Positions 28,201-36,397 of a stretch of 64,000 nucleotides of DNA are shown in pieces. The notes beneath the pieces were generated by a model. It worked only from the letters and a program-made list of their open reading frames with translations, did no database searches and was not told where the DNA came from. This DNA comes from Bacteroidota bacterium (GTDB lineage Bacteria; Bacteroidota; Bacteroidia; Bacteroidales; UBA12077). Numbering within the stretch: position 1 is the stretch's first letter; each line of letters begins with the position of its first letter. Made by a program: the position numbers and the translations under genes. The stretch is from NCBI GenBank assembly GCA_020444275.1, contig JAHLLG010000006.1, positions 12,316 to 76,315 on the forward strand, written 5' to 3'.

Positions 28201-29386
28201 TTTCTTTGAAACGTTTGTAGAAACCTTCATCATCAAATAATTTTTTAACTAAATCGAATCCAATTTCTATTCTTTTCCTGGAAATAATTCGGGTTGGTTG
28301 CAAAAAAACAATATTCTCTGTTAGAAATTTCTTTATGGCTGTTGTTTTTCTTGCTCCTATTAATATTGGTCTTGGATTAGTTTCAGAAACCAAATCTGAC
28401 TCTATAACATCTTTGGCAGAATAACTAATTAATGTATCGGAATAACGACTTAAGACTTTTTCAAATTGATAAAAGGTATTAATCTTTTTCCTTTTGGAAG
28501 TATTTCTGTAAACTGTTGTATCAACTGCTGTACCTATTTCTAAAACATTGGCAGGATTGTGACCATTTCTTTTTATTAAATGTTCGGATTGTTGTTTGTT
28601 AATATTGACATTTAACCATATTCGAGATTCCCAGGGAAACAAAACTTCGATGATGGAAAAAAATTCTCCGATGTGGGCATTTTTGAAAAAGAAATCTCTG
28701 GGTCCGTCGGGCAAATTATTTTTTAGTTTATCTATTTCACTATTCCCTCCTTCCCAATAAAAATCATGATTATTATTAATAACCGGTATTTTTAAATATT
28801 CAGATAAAATAACTGTCGCTAAACTCAGGGATACATTTCCCGGATTTGAACAAACATTAATAAGATACAATAATTTTATATCTTCATTTATAATATAGTT
28901 TCCTAAGTTTTGAACCAACTTTAAGGTCTGATTCCAAAACTTACCTATTAATGAATTATATTCTTCACTTCCTCTTTCCAGTTTTGTAAAAAAAAAGTCC
29001 TCGTACAAATCCCACTCATCAAAGGCACGCATTAAGGGCTCTTCGTATTTTTTTACGTAACCTGGAACAATTTGATCTGCTTCAGGAAAAAATCTACCCG
29101 AAATATAATGAATATTTGAGCCCTTAAACTTTTTTGAAAAAATCTTGGTATACTTTTCAACCTCAATACTAACTCCATCAACCGAATATTGATACGTTAT
29201 AAAGGCAATGTTGCTTTTGCACATCAATGATTTAAAATCGTCGTAGTTACCAATAAATTTTTTTTGCGGTACTTTTCTGTTTTCCTTTATTCTATCTAGA
29301 AATAATCCTAAATCGAACCAAGTTTTAATATTCTCATTTTCTAATTTATCAAGTAATTTTATGATCTTTGTATCTGTAGATTTCAT
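25220..29386 (-). CDS. 1388-aa multidomain protein: GT4-like glycosyltransferase + unknown ~450-aa region + phosphodiester glycosidase (NAGPA/DUF2233) domain
   Basis: N-terminus: VDGVSIEVEKY, NNNHDFYWEGG, SKTEGRGLPIIEATACGTPIF. C-terminus: AWNGGYILNPE, AIEAGPMLINHG, LVVLTINGR, GFDPGGSSTLVINGK. Confidence 0.7.
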   Translation of the reverse strand: MKSTDTKIIKLLDKLENENIKTWFDLGLFLDRIKENRKVPQKKFIGNYDDFKSLMCKSNIAFITYQYSVDGVSIEVEKYTKIFSKKFKGSNIHYISGRFFPEADQIVPGYVKKYEEPLMRAFDEWDLYEDFFFTKLERGSEEYNSLIGKFWNQTLKLVQNLGNYIINEDIKLLYLINVCSNPGNVSLSLATVILSEYLKIPVINNNHDFYWEGGNSEIDKLKNNLPDGPRDFFFKNAHIGEFFSIIEVLFPWESRIWLNVNINKQQSEHLIKRNGHNPANVLEIGTAVDTTVYRNTSKRKKINTFYQFEKVLSRYSDTLISYSAKDVIESDLVSETNPRPILIGARKTTAIKKFLTENIVFLQPTRIISRKRIEIGFDLVKKLFDDEGFYKRFKETKHLKLTILITGPIAAGHYKYFKNLVKTFKELLDYLDEEVKNKVYLAFLFSELDKEKFKKHFENPAGIPELYNIASLILLPSKTEGRGLPIIEATACGTPIFCSRYYPENVYSEVIGEHLPYESRLNVIEFNGKTITKKHVTKIINRVFFPHKFAQEILHNQNVVDMRYSLNALTNNIDEICYRMYRQMKSNRRAQNIVKKAITEYKQLCNYTDENLQNILHTENREYLPGYGRLHFMLMLKSLIDPSYFRVEEQLMKGMAFTYARKLLEGRKDEFTEKRIIRFLHAVENIFLYKQEEVRIRHDHSLPYRHRNKNYYPYQEFTIQELSGLINQLFHMVLYPEEKSTIKENAHFFTDMDLALSQLTSSTYLAIDDRKKLVKKLQSNVPIAYFPGSYIKNELEFFALQAVRSRLELGIEKELTDEMIEKNAAYIAPIYIMASKTTTIENYNSQSIKEYIVQGIDDELKILFRNNILQVIEIDQLCIGVHFNQIGREGLSILNRVKEQQGFIITNRQDAAVMTDIVDIDRFHIGKVENKFTEAIMGIPMDSGFIQFVPAGIRTTLAFPTPVQTAKDFSDYIKSDEFKNAMDKYGEETVFEFLKKDAETKMSPVKKVIDDLLAKPKTKKAVTYDYVSGIYSDRMPWNGVIARVNMEQNDWNFIAESSQVTKRVTDFINEYSEKSGNTPKIAWNGGYILNPELVGKLGLPESYIGSPLGLLITNQKMVSAPLFNKPAIVFKDNQVNILQVNCSKGVIVSRGTDRIELSEDQYNNENSLSGPKYYDLMHKSEQILVENCVVVRLAGNIIKEIIQIQDKQYISIIPVGLTLVIPKEQFPKSWEKEQEVELEIVGIEKYDYAIEAGPMLINHGEVVLDMEIEGWKTNNSIKTQAARLDYTDMRGPKIAAGIDKNNNLVVLTINGRIRESVGATHYDMANILKKFDIQKAMGFDPGGSSTLVINGKTLNISPYNSKYEENVYALPPEPRAVSNVIMGYLNEE

Positions 29387-29484
29387 AATTATTTTTTTTA
29401 ACGTTTTATAAGTTATGAAAAATTTACAAAAGATAATATGATAATGTCATAATAACTTTCTGTTTACTTAAAGATACTCTTTTC

Positions 29485-29871
29485 ATGAAAATTTTATTTT
29501 ACTGGAAACCAATTATAATAGCTCTATTAATTTTATATGCCAGCATTACACCTACCGATAATATATCAAATGTTAATTTGTTTAATATTAAACATTTAGA
29601 TAAGTTAATTCATTTTTTAATGTATTTCATATTTTCTTTAACGCTTTATGCTTCAATCGAAAAGCATAAATTTTTAAAGAAAATAGTAAAAATTATTACA
29701 ATTCTTGTAATTACAATTTTTTATGGATTATTAATGGAGAGTTTTCAGTACATATTTACAACGTATCGTTCACCAGAATTTTTTGATGCGTTAGCAAATA
29801 CATTAGGTTCAGTTGTAGGAATTTTATTATTTCCAGCGCTTCAAAAAAGTAGATTATATAAATATTTATAA
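29485..29871 (+). CDS. VanZ-family membrane protein
   Basis: 128 aa with four TM helices and the DKLIHFLMYF motif. Confidence 0.65.
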   Translation: MKILFYWKPIIIALLILYASITPTDNISNVNLFNIKHLDKLIHFLMYFIFSLTLYASIEKHKFLKKIVKIITILVITIFYGLLMESFQYIFTTYRSPEFFDALANTLGSVVGILLFPALQKSRLYKYL

Positions 29872-30309
29872 ACCTATTTTTCCTTCGGAAGCTTCTATCT
29901 CTTTTGCTAAATTATAAATTGTTTCATTATTAAACAGATCATAAATTTGCTTATTAATAGGAACATATTTATAATGTATTGGGCATTGTAAATCAGGTTT
30001 AGCATTTGCCGAACAACTGCGTAAACCTATTACACAATTATTAAAAAGATCCAAACCGTCTATTATTTCAATAATATTTAACAATGTAATTTCTTGTGGT
30101 GACTTAGCCAGGGCAAATCCTCCATTCGGACCCTTGGTAGATATAAGTAATTTATTTTTAGCCAGAATTTGTAATATTTTGCCTAAAAACGGGGATGGGA
30201 TATCAAGTTCCTTTGAAACTTCTTTCAATCCAATTTTTTTTTCATCCTTACTATTCAGTGCTAAATAAATTACTCCCCGAATTGCATATTTACATGTATT
30301 TGATAACAT
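29866..30309 (-). CDS. Rrf2-family transcriptional regulator (three-Cys, possible Fe-S type)
   Basis: MLSNTCKYAIRGVIYLA, a wHTH, and the Cys cluster CVIGLRSCSANAKPDLQC. Confidence 0.85.
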   Translation of the reverse strand: MLSNTCKYAIRGVIYLALNSKDEKKIGLKEVSKELDIPSPFLGKILQILAKNKLLISTKGPNGGFALAKSPQEITLLNIIEIIDGLDLFNNCVIGLRSCSANAKPDLQCPIHYKYVPINKQIYDLFNNETIYNLAKEIEASEGKIGL

Positions 30310-30320
30310 ATTTTATTGGT

Positions 30321-30761
30321 TTAATGAACAGGTATCTTTTCAATTCTTCTTTGGTGTCTTCCTCCTTCAAATCTGGTATTTATAAATATATCCACTATTT
30401 GTTTAGCTAAATTATAGTCTATGAAACGGGCTGGTAAAGAACAAATATTAGCGTTATTGTGTAAACGCGCTAATTCTGATATCTCTTTATTCCAGCATAA
30501 TGCTGCCCTTACACCCTGATGTTTGTTTGCTGTCATGTTAATACCATTTCCACTGCCACATAAAGTAATTCCAAAAGTATGTTCTTTATTTTCTATCGAA
30601 TTTGCAAGCGGATGAGCAAAATCAGGATAATCGGTACTTTCACTTGAATAGGTACCATAATCTTTAATATTGTAACCCTCTTTCTCTAAATCTTTTTTTA
30701 ACTTTTCTTTAAATTCAAATCCAGCATGATCGCTTGCAATGCCTAATGTTATGTTTTTCAT
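30321..30761 (-). CDS. rpiB: Ribose-5-phosphate isomerase B
   Basis: GIASDHAGFEFKEKL, CGSGNGI, and the C-terminal FEGGRHQRRI. Confidence 0.9.
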   Translation of the reverse strand: MKNITLGIASDHAGFEFKEKLKKDLEKEGYNIKDYGTYSSESTDYPDFAHPLANSIENKEHTFGITLCGSGNGINMTANKHQGVRAALCWNKEISELARLHNNANICSLPARFIDYNLAKQIVDIFINTRFEGGRHQRRIEKIPVH

Positions 30762-30792
30762 ATCAGATAAAAAATATATTTATTTGTTTGAT

Positions 30793-30800
30793 CAAATTTA
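30793..30800 (-). promoter_or_regulatory. -7 promoter box (TAAATTTG on minus strand) for rpiB-rrf2
   Basis: 32 nt upstream of the rpiB ATG. It overlaps the 10-bp palindrome TTTGATCAAA (30787-30796). Confidence 0.4.
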
Positions 30801-31232
30801 ACGATTTTATCTTATAAATCTTTAGTAATTTATTATATACTGATATTTAATAGTTAACAATATGTTGATTAATATAATATTTAACTTAAAAGTAATAACT
30901 TAATTAATTAACAGAGTTTTATACTATTTCGTTAATAAGTAGTTTTTTTGTTAATTATTTGATAATGTTCTGTTAGTTTATTGTTAATTAAAGTCAATAA
31001 AAACTAAAAAAAAGTTCTTGGTTTATTACATAAGGTGTACTATATATATTTTTTTCAATTATATCAAAAATATTTTTTTAGTTTTAGCCCTCAAATATTG
31101 AACATTATGTTAACATTAAAAGTGTATAAGGTGCGTCAGTATTTATTAATAGTCACCAGTATTAACATCATGTTAATAAAATTTGGATACTGTTAATTAT
31201 CAGATAAAAGAGTATGTTTAGCATTGTTAAAA

Positions 31233-31240
31233 TAGCTTTG
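31233..31240 (+). promoter_or_regulatory. -7 promoter box candidate (TAGCTTTG) for nadA
   Basis: This is the only TAnnTTTG match I found on the plus strand ahead of nadA, and it is 112 nt upstream of the ATG. Confidence 0.25.
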
Positions 31241-31352
31241 AAATCTTTTTGAAAACGTAAAATACAAGTAAACAACAAACAATTTTGTAACAATATTAAC
31301 AGGATATCATTATTATTATAATGGATTAATAATTAAATAATATATATAATAT

Positions 31353-32357
31353 ATGTATATAAGTGTTGACAACAAGGAACTGGAAAAAGGATTTATTGAT
31401 AAAAGTATCGATAGTAAAGTTAATGTCGTTGAAGAAATAAACCGGTTAAAAAGAGAGAAGAACGCAATAATCCTTGCACACTATTACCAAACAGCCGATA
31501 TTCAGGATTTAGCGGATTTTGTTGGAGATAGTTTAGCTTTATCGCAAAAAGCCGCAGAAACAAATGCCGATATTATTTTATTTGCTGGAGTGCATTTTAT
31601 GGCAGAAACGGCAAAAATATTAGCACCAAACAGCAAAGTTTTAATTCCTGATTTAAATGCTGGTTGTTCTTTAGCCGATTCTTGTCCGCCTGATGATTTT
31701 AAAAAGTTTGTCGATGATCATCCTGATCATCTGGTAATTTCATATGTAAATACGACAGCAGAAATTAAAACGATGACTGATATTTGCTGTACATCAACCA
31801 ATGCATTAAAAATTGTTGAATCGTTACCAAAGGATCAGAAAATAATTTTCGCTCCCGATAGAAATCTCGGAAATTACATTAAGAGAATAACTGGAAGAGA
31901 TGATATGGTAATATGGAATGGAGCTTGTCATGTTCATGAAGAATTTTCTGTAGAAGCCATTCTGGAATTAAAAAAGGAATATCCAAATGCAAAAGTCATC
32001 TCACATCCGGAATGTGAAAAACCTGTTCAATTAATATCCGATTTTGTAGGATCTACAGCTGCTTTACTTAAGTTTACTGAAAACGATAATTCAAAAGAGT
32101 ATATTGTGGCAACTGAATCGGGTATACTGCATCAAATGAAAAAGCAAAATCCTGAAAAAACGTATATTGTTGCTCCATCAAAAGATTCAACATGTGGATG
32201 TAACGATTGTAATTTCATGAAATTAATTACTGTAAATAAAATTTACAATACACTAAAATATGAAAAACCAGAGGTTACACTGGATAATGAAATTATTAAA
32301 AAGGCAGGAAAATCAATAGAGAGAATGTTAGAGATATCTAAAAAATTGAATTTGTAA
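31353..32357 (+). CDS. nadA: Quinolinate synthase
   Basis: ILAHYYQ, FVGDSL, HFMAET, and the Cys ligand contexts GCSLADSC, CHVHEEF, CGCNDCNFMK. Confidence 0.92.
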   Translation: MYISVDNKELEKGFIDKSIDSKVNVVEEINRLKREKNAIILAHYYQTADIQDLADFVGDSLALSQKAAETNADIILFAGVHFMAETAKILAPNSKVLIPDLNAGCSLADSCPPDDFKKFVDDHPDHLVISYVNTTAEIKTMTDICCTSTNALKIVESLPKDQKIIFAPDRNLGNYIKRITGRDDMVIWNGACHVHEEFSVEAILELKKEYPNAKVISHPECEKPVQLISDFVGSTAALLKFTENDNSKEYIVATESGILHQMKKQNPEKTYIVAPSKDSTCGCNDCNFMKLITVNKIYNTLKYEKPEVTLDNEIIKKAGKSIERMLEISKKLNL

Positions 32358-32379
32358 AATTATTAATATATACTTACAG

Positions 32380-32405
32380 GCAGGGAAAATCTCCCTGCTT
32401 TTTTT
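32380..32405 (+). terminator. Rho-independent terminator
   Basis: Stem gcaggga / tccctgc with loop aaatc, then T7. Confidence 0.8.
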
Positions 32406-32435
32406 GTATATTTAAAACAATTAAACAATAAGATT

Positions 32436-33977
32436 TTGAAACAACTAATCTTTCTCTTTCATATTTTATGTCTTGTTAATATCAGTGTAGCGCAAACCGA
32501 TACTCTAGGCACTGGAGAGTATAAAATTTTTTATTACCCCAATGGAAAAATTGCCAGCGAAGGAATTTTAAAAAATGAAAAACCCGAAGGATTGTGGAAA
32601 TCGTATTATGTAACAGGTATTAAAAAGTCTGAAGGAGTTTGGAAAAATAATAAACTGGATAGTGTTTGGATATTTTTAAATCAAATGGGAGATACAACGG
32701 AAAAAATTAATTATCTCTTAGGAAAAAAGAATGGGTACTATTTTAAATACTATACCGGATTTGATCATGAAAATACCGTTAGATCAAAAGAGTTATATAT
32801 AAATGATGAAAGAAATGGTAAAGCGGTAAAATATTATGAAAACGGTGCAATTTTAAATGAAATACCATATAGACATGATGCAAAACATGGAATTGCTCTT
32901 GAATATAATAAAGAAGGAAAAATAATTACTGTAACTAGATATAGAAAAAATGAGATTGTAGTTCGAGAAGAAATTAATCGTTTGGATAAGGAAGGAAGAA
33001 AAACGGGGAAATGGCAGGAGTTTTACGATAATGGAAATATTAAGGAAGAAAGAAATTATTCAGAAGGAAAACTGGATGGATATGTAAAAAGATATAATGA
33101 AGACGGAAAATTGGTTACAGCAATTAAATACAATTATGGAATTGTTGATTTAGATGAAAATGATTTTGAAACAGGTATTGAGATTAAAGAGAAGTACGAT
33201 GATAACGATAATCTGATTTTTCAGGGTAGTTATCGAAAAGAAATACCCATTGGCGTGCATAGATACTTTAATAAAGATGGTAAAGTAACAGAAAGTAAAA
33301 CGTATAATGTAAACGGAAAGTTAATTGCAGAGGGTATTGTTTTACTTAATGGATTAGAGGATGGTAACTGGACATATTATTATCAAAATGGAAATAAGAG
33401 GGCAACAGGGAGTTATAACTACGGAAAAAAAACCAGACAATGGACGTACTATTACCCAAATGGAAAAGTACAACAAAAAGGATCGTATACTAACGGTAAA
33501 CTATCCGGTATTTGGCGATGGTATTACGATACAGGTGAATTGCTTAAAGAAGAGTACTATATTTATGGAAATTTGGATGGCGAATGTGTCGAATATTCAG
33601 TACTCGGTGAAATCATAACTAAAGGAAGTTATATTGAAGGTTATAAGGAAGGTGAATGGATTTATATTATTGGCGATCAAAAACATATAGGTAAGTATGT
33701 TATGGGAGAGAAAAACGGAACATGGAAAAGTTTTTACATTGAAGAAAATAAAAAAAGTTTTACAGGAGATTATATTCAAGGAAATCTGGATGGAAAACAT
33801 CTTTATTTTTATCCGAATGGTGAATTAAAAGAAGAGAGATATTATGAAGAGGGACAAAAAGTAAGATCGTGGTCGAAATACAATGAGAACGGAGAATTAA
33901 TTTTAGTTGTAAAATATAAAGATGGTATTCTGTATAAAATAAACGGAGAAAAAGTACAACTTGATCAAATGCAATAA
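32436..33977 (+). CDS. MORN-repeat (YwqK-like) secreted protein
   Basis: TTG start and a signal peptide. About 17 repeats of the G.W..YY.NG....EG.Y..GK..G pattern. Confidence 0.75.
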   Translation: MKQLIFLFHILCLVNISVAQTDTLGTGEYKIFYYPNGKIASEGILKNEKPEGLWKSYYVTGIKKSEGVWKNNKLDSVWIFLNQMGDTTEKINYLLGKKNGYYFKYYTGFDHENTVRSKELYINDERNGKAVKYYENGAILNEIPYRHDAKHGIALEYNKEGKIITVTRYRKNEIVVREEINRLDKEGRKTGKWQEFYDNGNIKEERNYSEGKLDGYVKRYNEDGKLVTAIKYNYGIVDLDENDFETGIEIKEKYDDNDNLIFQGSYRKEIPIGVHRYFNKDGKVTESKTYNVNGKLIAEGIVLLNGLEDGNWTYYYQNGNKRATGSYNYGKKTRQWTYYYPNGKVQQKGSYTNGKLSGIWRWYYDTGELLKEEYYIYGNLDGECVEYSVLGEIITKGSYIEGYKEGEWIYIIGDQKHIGKYVMGEKNGTWKSFYIEENKKSFTGDYIQGNLDGKHLYFYPNGELKEERYYEEGQKVRSWSKYNENGELILVVKYKDGILYKINGEKVQLDQMQ

Positions 33978-33985
33978 TAGTTTTA

Positions 33986-33993
33986 TAAATTTG
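33986..33993 (+). promoter_or_regulatory. -7 promoter box (TAAATTTG)
   Basis: 17 nt upstream of the ruvB ATG. Confidence 0.4.
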
Positions 33994-34010
33994 CGGTTAA
34001 AACAGATTAA

Positions 34011-35051
34011 ATGGACGATTTTGATATTAGAGATTTAACGTCGGACGAATCCGCTAACTTTTCAGATAAAGAGCAGGAATTTGAGAAAAAGTTACGGCCA
34101 TTAGACTTTCATGATTTTAAAGGTCAGTTTAAGGTAGTAGAGAATCTTAAGATTTTTGTTCAAGCCGCAAAAATGAGAAATGAATCCTTAGATCATGTTT
34201 TACTGCATGGACCACCAGGATTGGGAAAAACTACGCTTGCTAATATTATTGCCAATGAGTTAGAGGTAAACTTAAAACTAACCTCAGGTCCGGTTTTAGA
34301 TAAACCTGGAGATTTAGCAGGGTTATTAACCAATTTAGAAGAGGGTGATGTTCTTTTTATTGATGAAATACATCGATTAAGTCCGGTTGTTGAAGAGTAT
34401 TTATATTCAGCAATGGAAGATTATAAAATTGATATTATGATCGATAAAGGACCAAGTGCAAGATCTGTACAAATTGAATTAAATCCCTTTACCCTGATTG
34501 GCGCAACAACCAGATCAGGTTTATTAACCAGCCCCTTAAGAGCTCGGTTTGGAATTAGTTCACATTTAGAATATTACGATTTTAAAATACTAACTTCAAT
34601 TATAAAAAGATCATCAAAAATTTTAAATGTTGCTATTGAAGATAACGCAGCAGTGGAAATTGCGTCCAGATCTAGAGGTACACCACGTATTGCAAATGCG
34701 CTCTTACGACGAGTGCGCGATTTTGCACAGGTTAAAGGTAATGGAAGTATAGATCTGGAAATTGCAAAATATTCACTGCAGGCACTAAATATTGATAAAC
34801 ACGGATTAGACGAAATGGATAATAAAATTTTGTTAACCATTATTGATAAGTTTAAAGGTGGCCCGGTAGGTATTACAACTATAGCAACTGCCATAGGAGA
34901 GGATGGAGGAACAATCGAAGAAGTGTATGAACCATTTTTAATTAAAGAAGGATATATAAAAAGAACACCACGAGGTAGAGAAGCAACAGAGATTGCATAT
35001 AAACATTTGAATCGGATAAAAGATTTAGGAGATCAGTCTAGACTATTTTAA
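34011..35051 (+). CDS. ruvB: Holliday junction branch-migration helicase RuvB
   Basis: LRP..F.DF.GQ, Walker [38 protein letters not shown]. Confidence 0.95.
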   Translation: MDDFDIRDLTSDESANFSDKEQEFEKKLRPLDFHDFKGQFKVVENLKIFVQAAKMRNESLDHVLLHGPPGLGKTTLANIIANELEVNLKLTSGPVLDKPGDLAGLLTNLEEGDVLFIDEIHRLSPVVEEYLYSAMEDYKIDIMIDKGPSARSVQIELNPFTLIGATTRSGLLTSPLRARFGISSHLEYYDFKILTSIIKRSSKILNVAIEDNAAVEIASRSRGTPRIANALLRRVRDFAQVKGNGSIDLEIAKYSLQALNIDKHGLDEMDNKILLTIIDKFKGGPVGITTIATAIGEDGGTIEEVYEPFLIKEGYIKRTPRGREATEIAYKHLNRIKDLGDQSRLF

Positions 35052-35758
35052 TTGAATGCGTTGGAAATTTTTTCCAAACGTTTAATATCAAGAATTTTTA
35101 TTTTTCGTCCGTTTAAATCAATTAACTTATCGTGTTTAAACTCAGAAAGAAGACGTATAACTGATTCTGTTGCGGTACCAACAATATTGGCAAGTTCTTC
35201 ACGTGTTAAAGATATTTGTAATACATTATCCTGATCAAGATCAAACGTATCTTTTAAATTTAATAGTACTTCGGCCAAACGCTCACGGACTGTTTTTTGT
35301 GCTATGTCTGTTATATAGGAATTGGCTTCACCCAACTCTCGACAAGTTTGTTGCATAATAGCCATGGAAAAGTTACCATTGGTTTTAACAAGTTGGATTA
35401 ATGTATCGCCAGGAATAAAGCAAAGGGTGGCATCTTCAATAACTTTAGCCGAAGAACAAGCTAGTTCACTACTTAGAATAGATCGGTAACCAATAATTCC
35501 TCCCTTTTTAGCAAAAGCAATAATTTGTTCCCGACCATCAATACCGGTTTTAAATATTTTAATGATACCGGAGTTTATGCAATAAAAACCATTGGTGCGG
35601 CTACCTTCATGATAAATTACATTACCTCGTTTATACGAGTTACATACTTTTTCTTTTTCAACTAATGCATGCTCCTCTGGTGTAAGATGCTTAAAAATAG
35701 AATCTTCACTAAGTAAACAATTGTCGCAAGAAGGTATTTGATCCCTGTGCTTTATCAT
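35048..35758 (-). CDS. Crp/Fnr-family transcriptional regulator
   Basis: cNMP-binding beta-roll (GIIGYRS), C-terminal [24 protein letters not shown], and N-terminal Cys residues (CDNC). Confidence 0.85.
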   Translation of the reverse strand: MIKHRDQIPSCDNCLLSEDSIFKHLTPEEHALVEKEKVCNSYKRGNVIYHEGSRTNGFYCINSGIIKIFKTGIDGREQIIAFAKKGGIIGYRSILSSELACSSAKVIEDATLCFIPGDTLIQLVKTNGNFSMAIMQQTCRELGEANSYITDIAQKTVRERLAEVLLNLKDTFDLDQDNVLQISLTREELANIVGTATESVIRLLSEFKHDKLIDLNGRKIKILDIKRLEKISNAFN

Positions 35759-35882
35759 GATTTCGACTCAAATAACGTTAAATACCTAAAAATCAGATAA
35801 AAAATAATATATATAAATATTTAGAACACAAAATTAGTTTTTTTGTTGTATAAACACGAATTTAGATTACAGATTTTAAAAT

Positions 35883-35890
35883 TATATTTG
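35883..35890 (+). promoter_or_regulatory. -7 promoter box (TATATTTG)
   Basis: 31 nt upstream of the ATG at 35922. Confidence 0.4.
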
Positions 35891-35921
35891 CACAAAACTA
35901 AATATAAAAATATATAGAACT

Positions 35922-36344
35922 ATGAAAACATCACTTAATTTGAATTGGATAGACGGAATGGCTTTTGAAAGTGAAGTAAATGGTCATAAAATTGTCATAG
36001 ACGCTGTAGAAAGTGTAGGAGGTAAAGATAGAGGACCAAGACCAAAACCTTTAATGCTTTTAGCCTTAGCAGGTTGCACGAGTATGGATGTGGTTTCTAT
36101 ACTTAAAAAAATGCGTGTTGAACTGGAAGATTATGGTTGCGAGGTAGTTGCAAATAATACCGAAGAACATCCAAAGCATTACGACGAAATGAAAATAATA
36201 TACAAGTTCTGGGGCAAGGATTTACCAAAGGAAAAATTAGAAAAGGCTGTAAATTTATCTGAAGAACGATATTGCGGTGTAAGCTATATCTATAAAAAAT
36301 ATGTTAAAATGAGTTACGAAATTCAAATCAATCCTGAAAAGTAA
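35922..36344 (+). CDS. OsmC-family peroxiredoxin-like protein
   Basis: Two conserved Cys contexts: LAGCTSMDV and ERYCGV. Confidence 0.8.
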   Translation: MKTSLNLNWIDGMAFESEVNGHKIVIDAVESVGGKDRGPRPKPLMLLALAGCTSMDVVSILKKMRVELEDYGCEVVANNTEEHPKHYDEMKIIYKFWGKDLPKEKLEKAVNLSEERYCGVSYIYKKYVKMSYEIQINPEK

Positions 36345-36345
36345 A

Positions 36346-36375
36346 AAAAGAAAGGCTCACAATTGTGAGCCTTTT
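36346..36375. terminator. Bidirectional terminator between OsmC gene and pheS
   Basis: 18-bp palindrome ggctcacaattgtgagcc, flanked by an A-run on one side and a T-run on the other. Confidence 0.8.
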
Positions 36376-36397
36376 ATATGTATAAAAATATTTAAAA

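Noticed and set aside
30762-31352. Chromosomal origin (long AT-rich gap; mnmG and rnpA elsewhere in the window)
   Set aside because: I found no TTATCCACA-type DnaA boxes; the best match is a single 7/9 (gtatccaaa). There is no dnaA nearby, and the heptamer arrays (agtccacag) are also only 7/9 matches.
33361-33618. ORF 33361..33618 (+) inside the MORN-repeat gene
   Set aside because: It is an alternative frame of a repetitive coding region. The main frame has the clear MORN periodicity.
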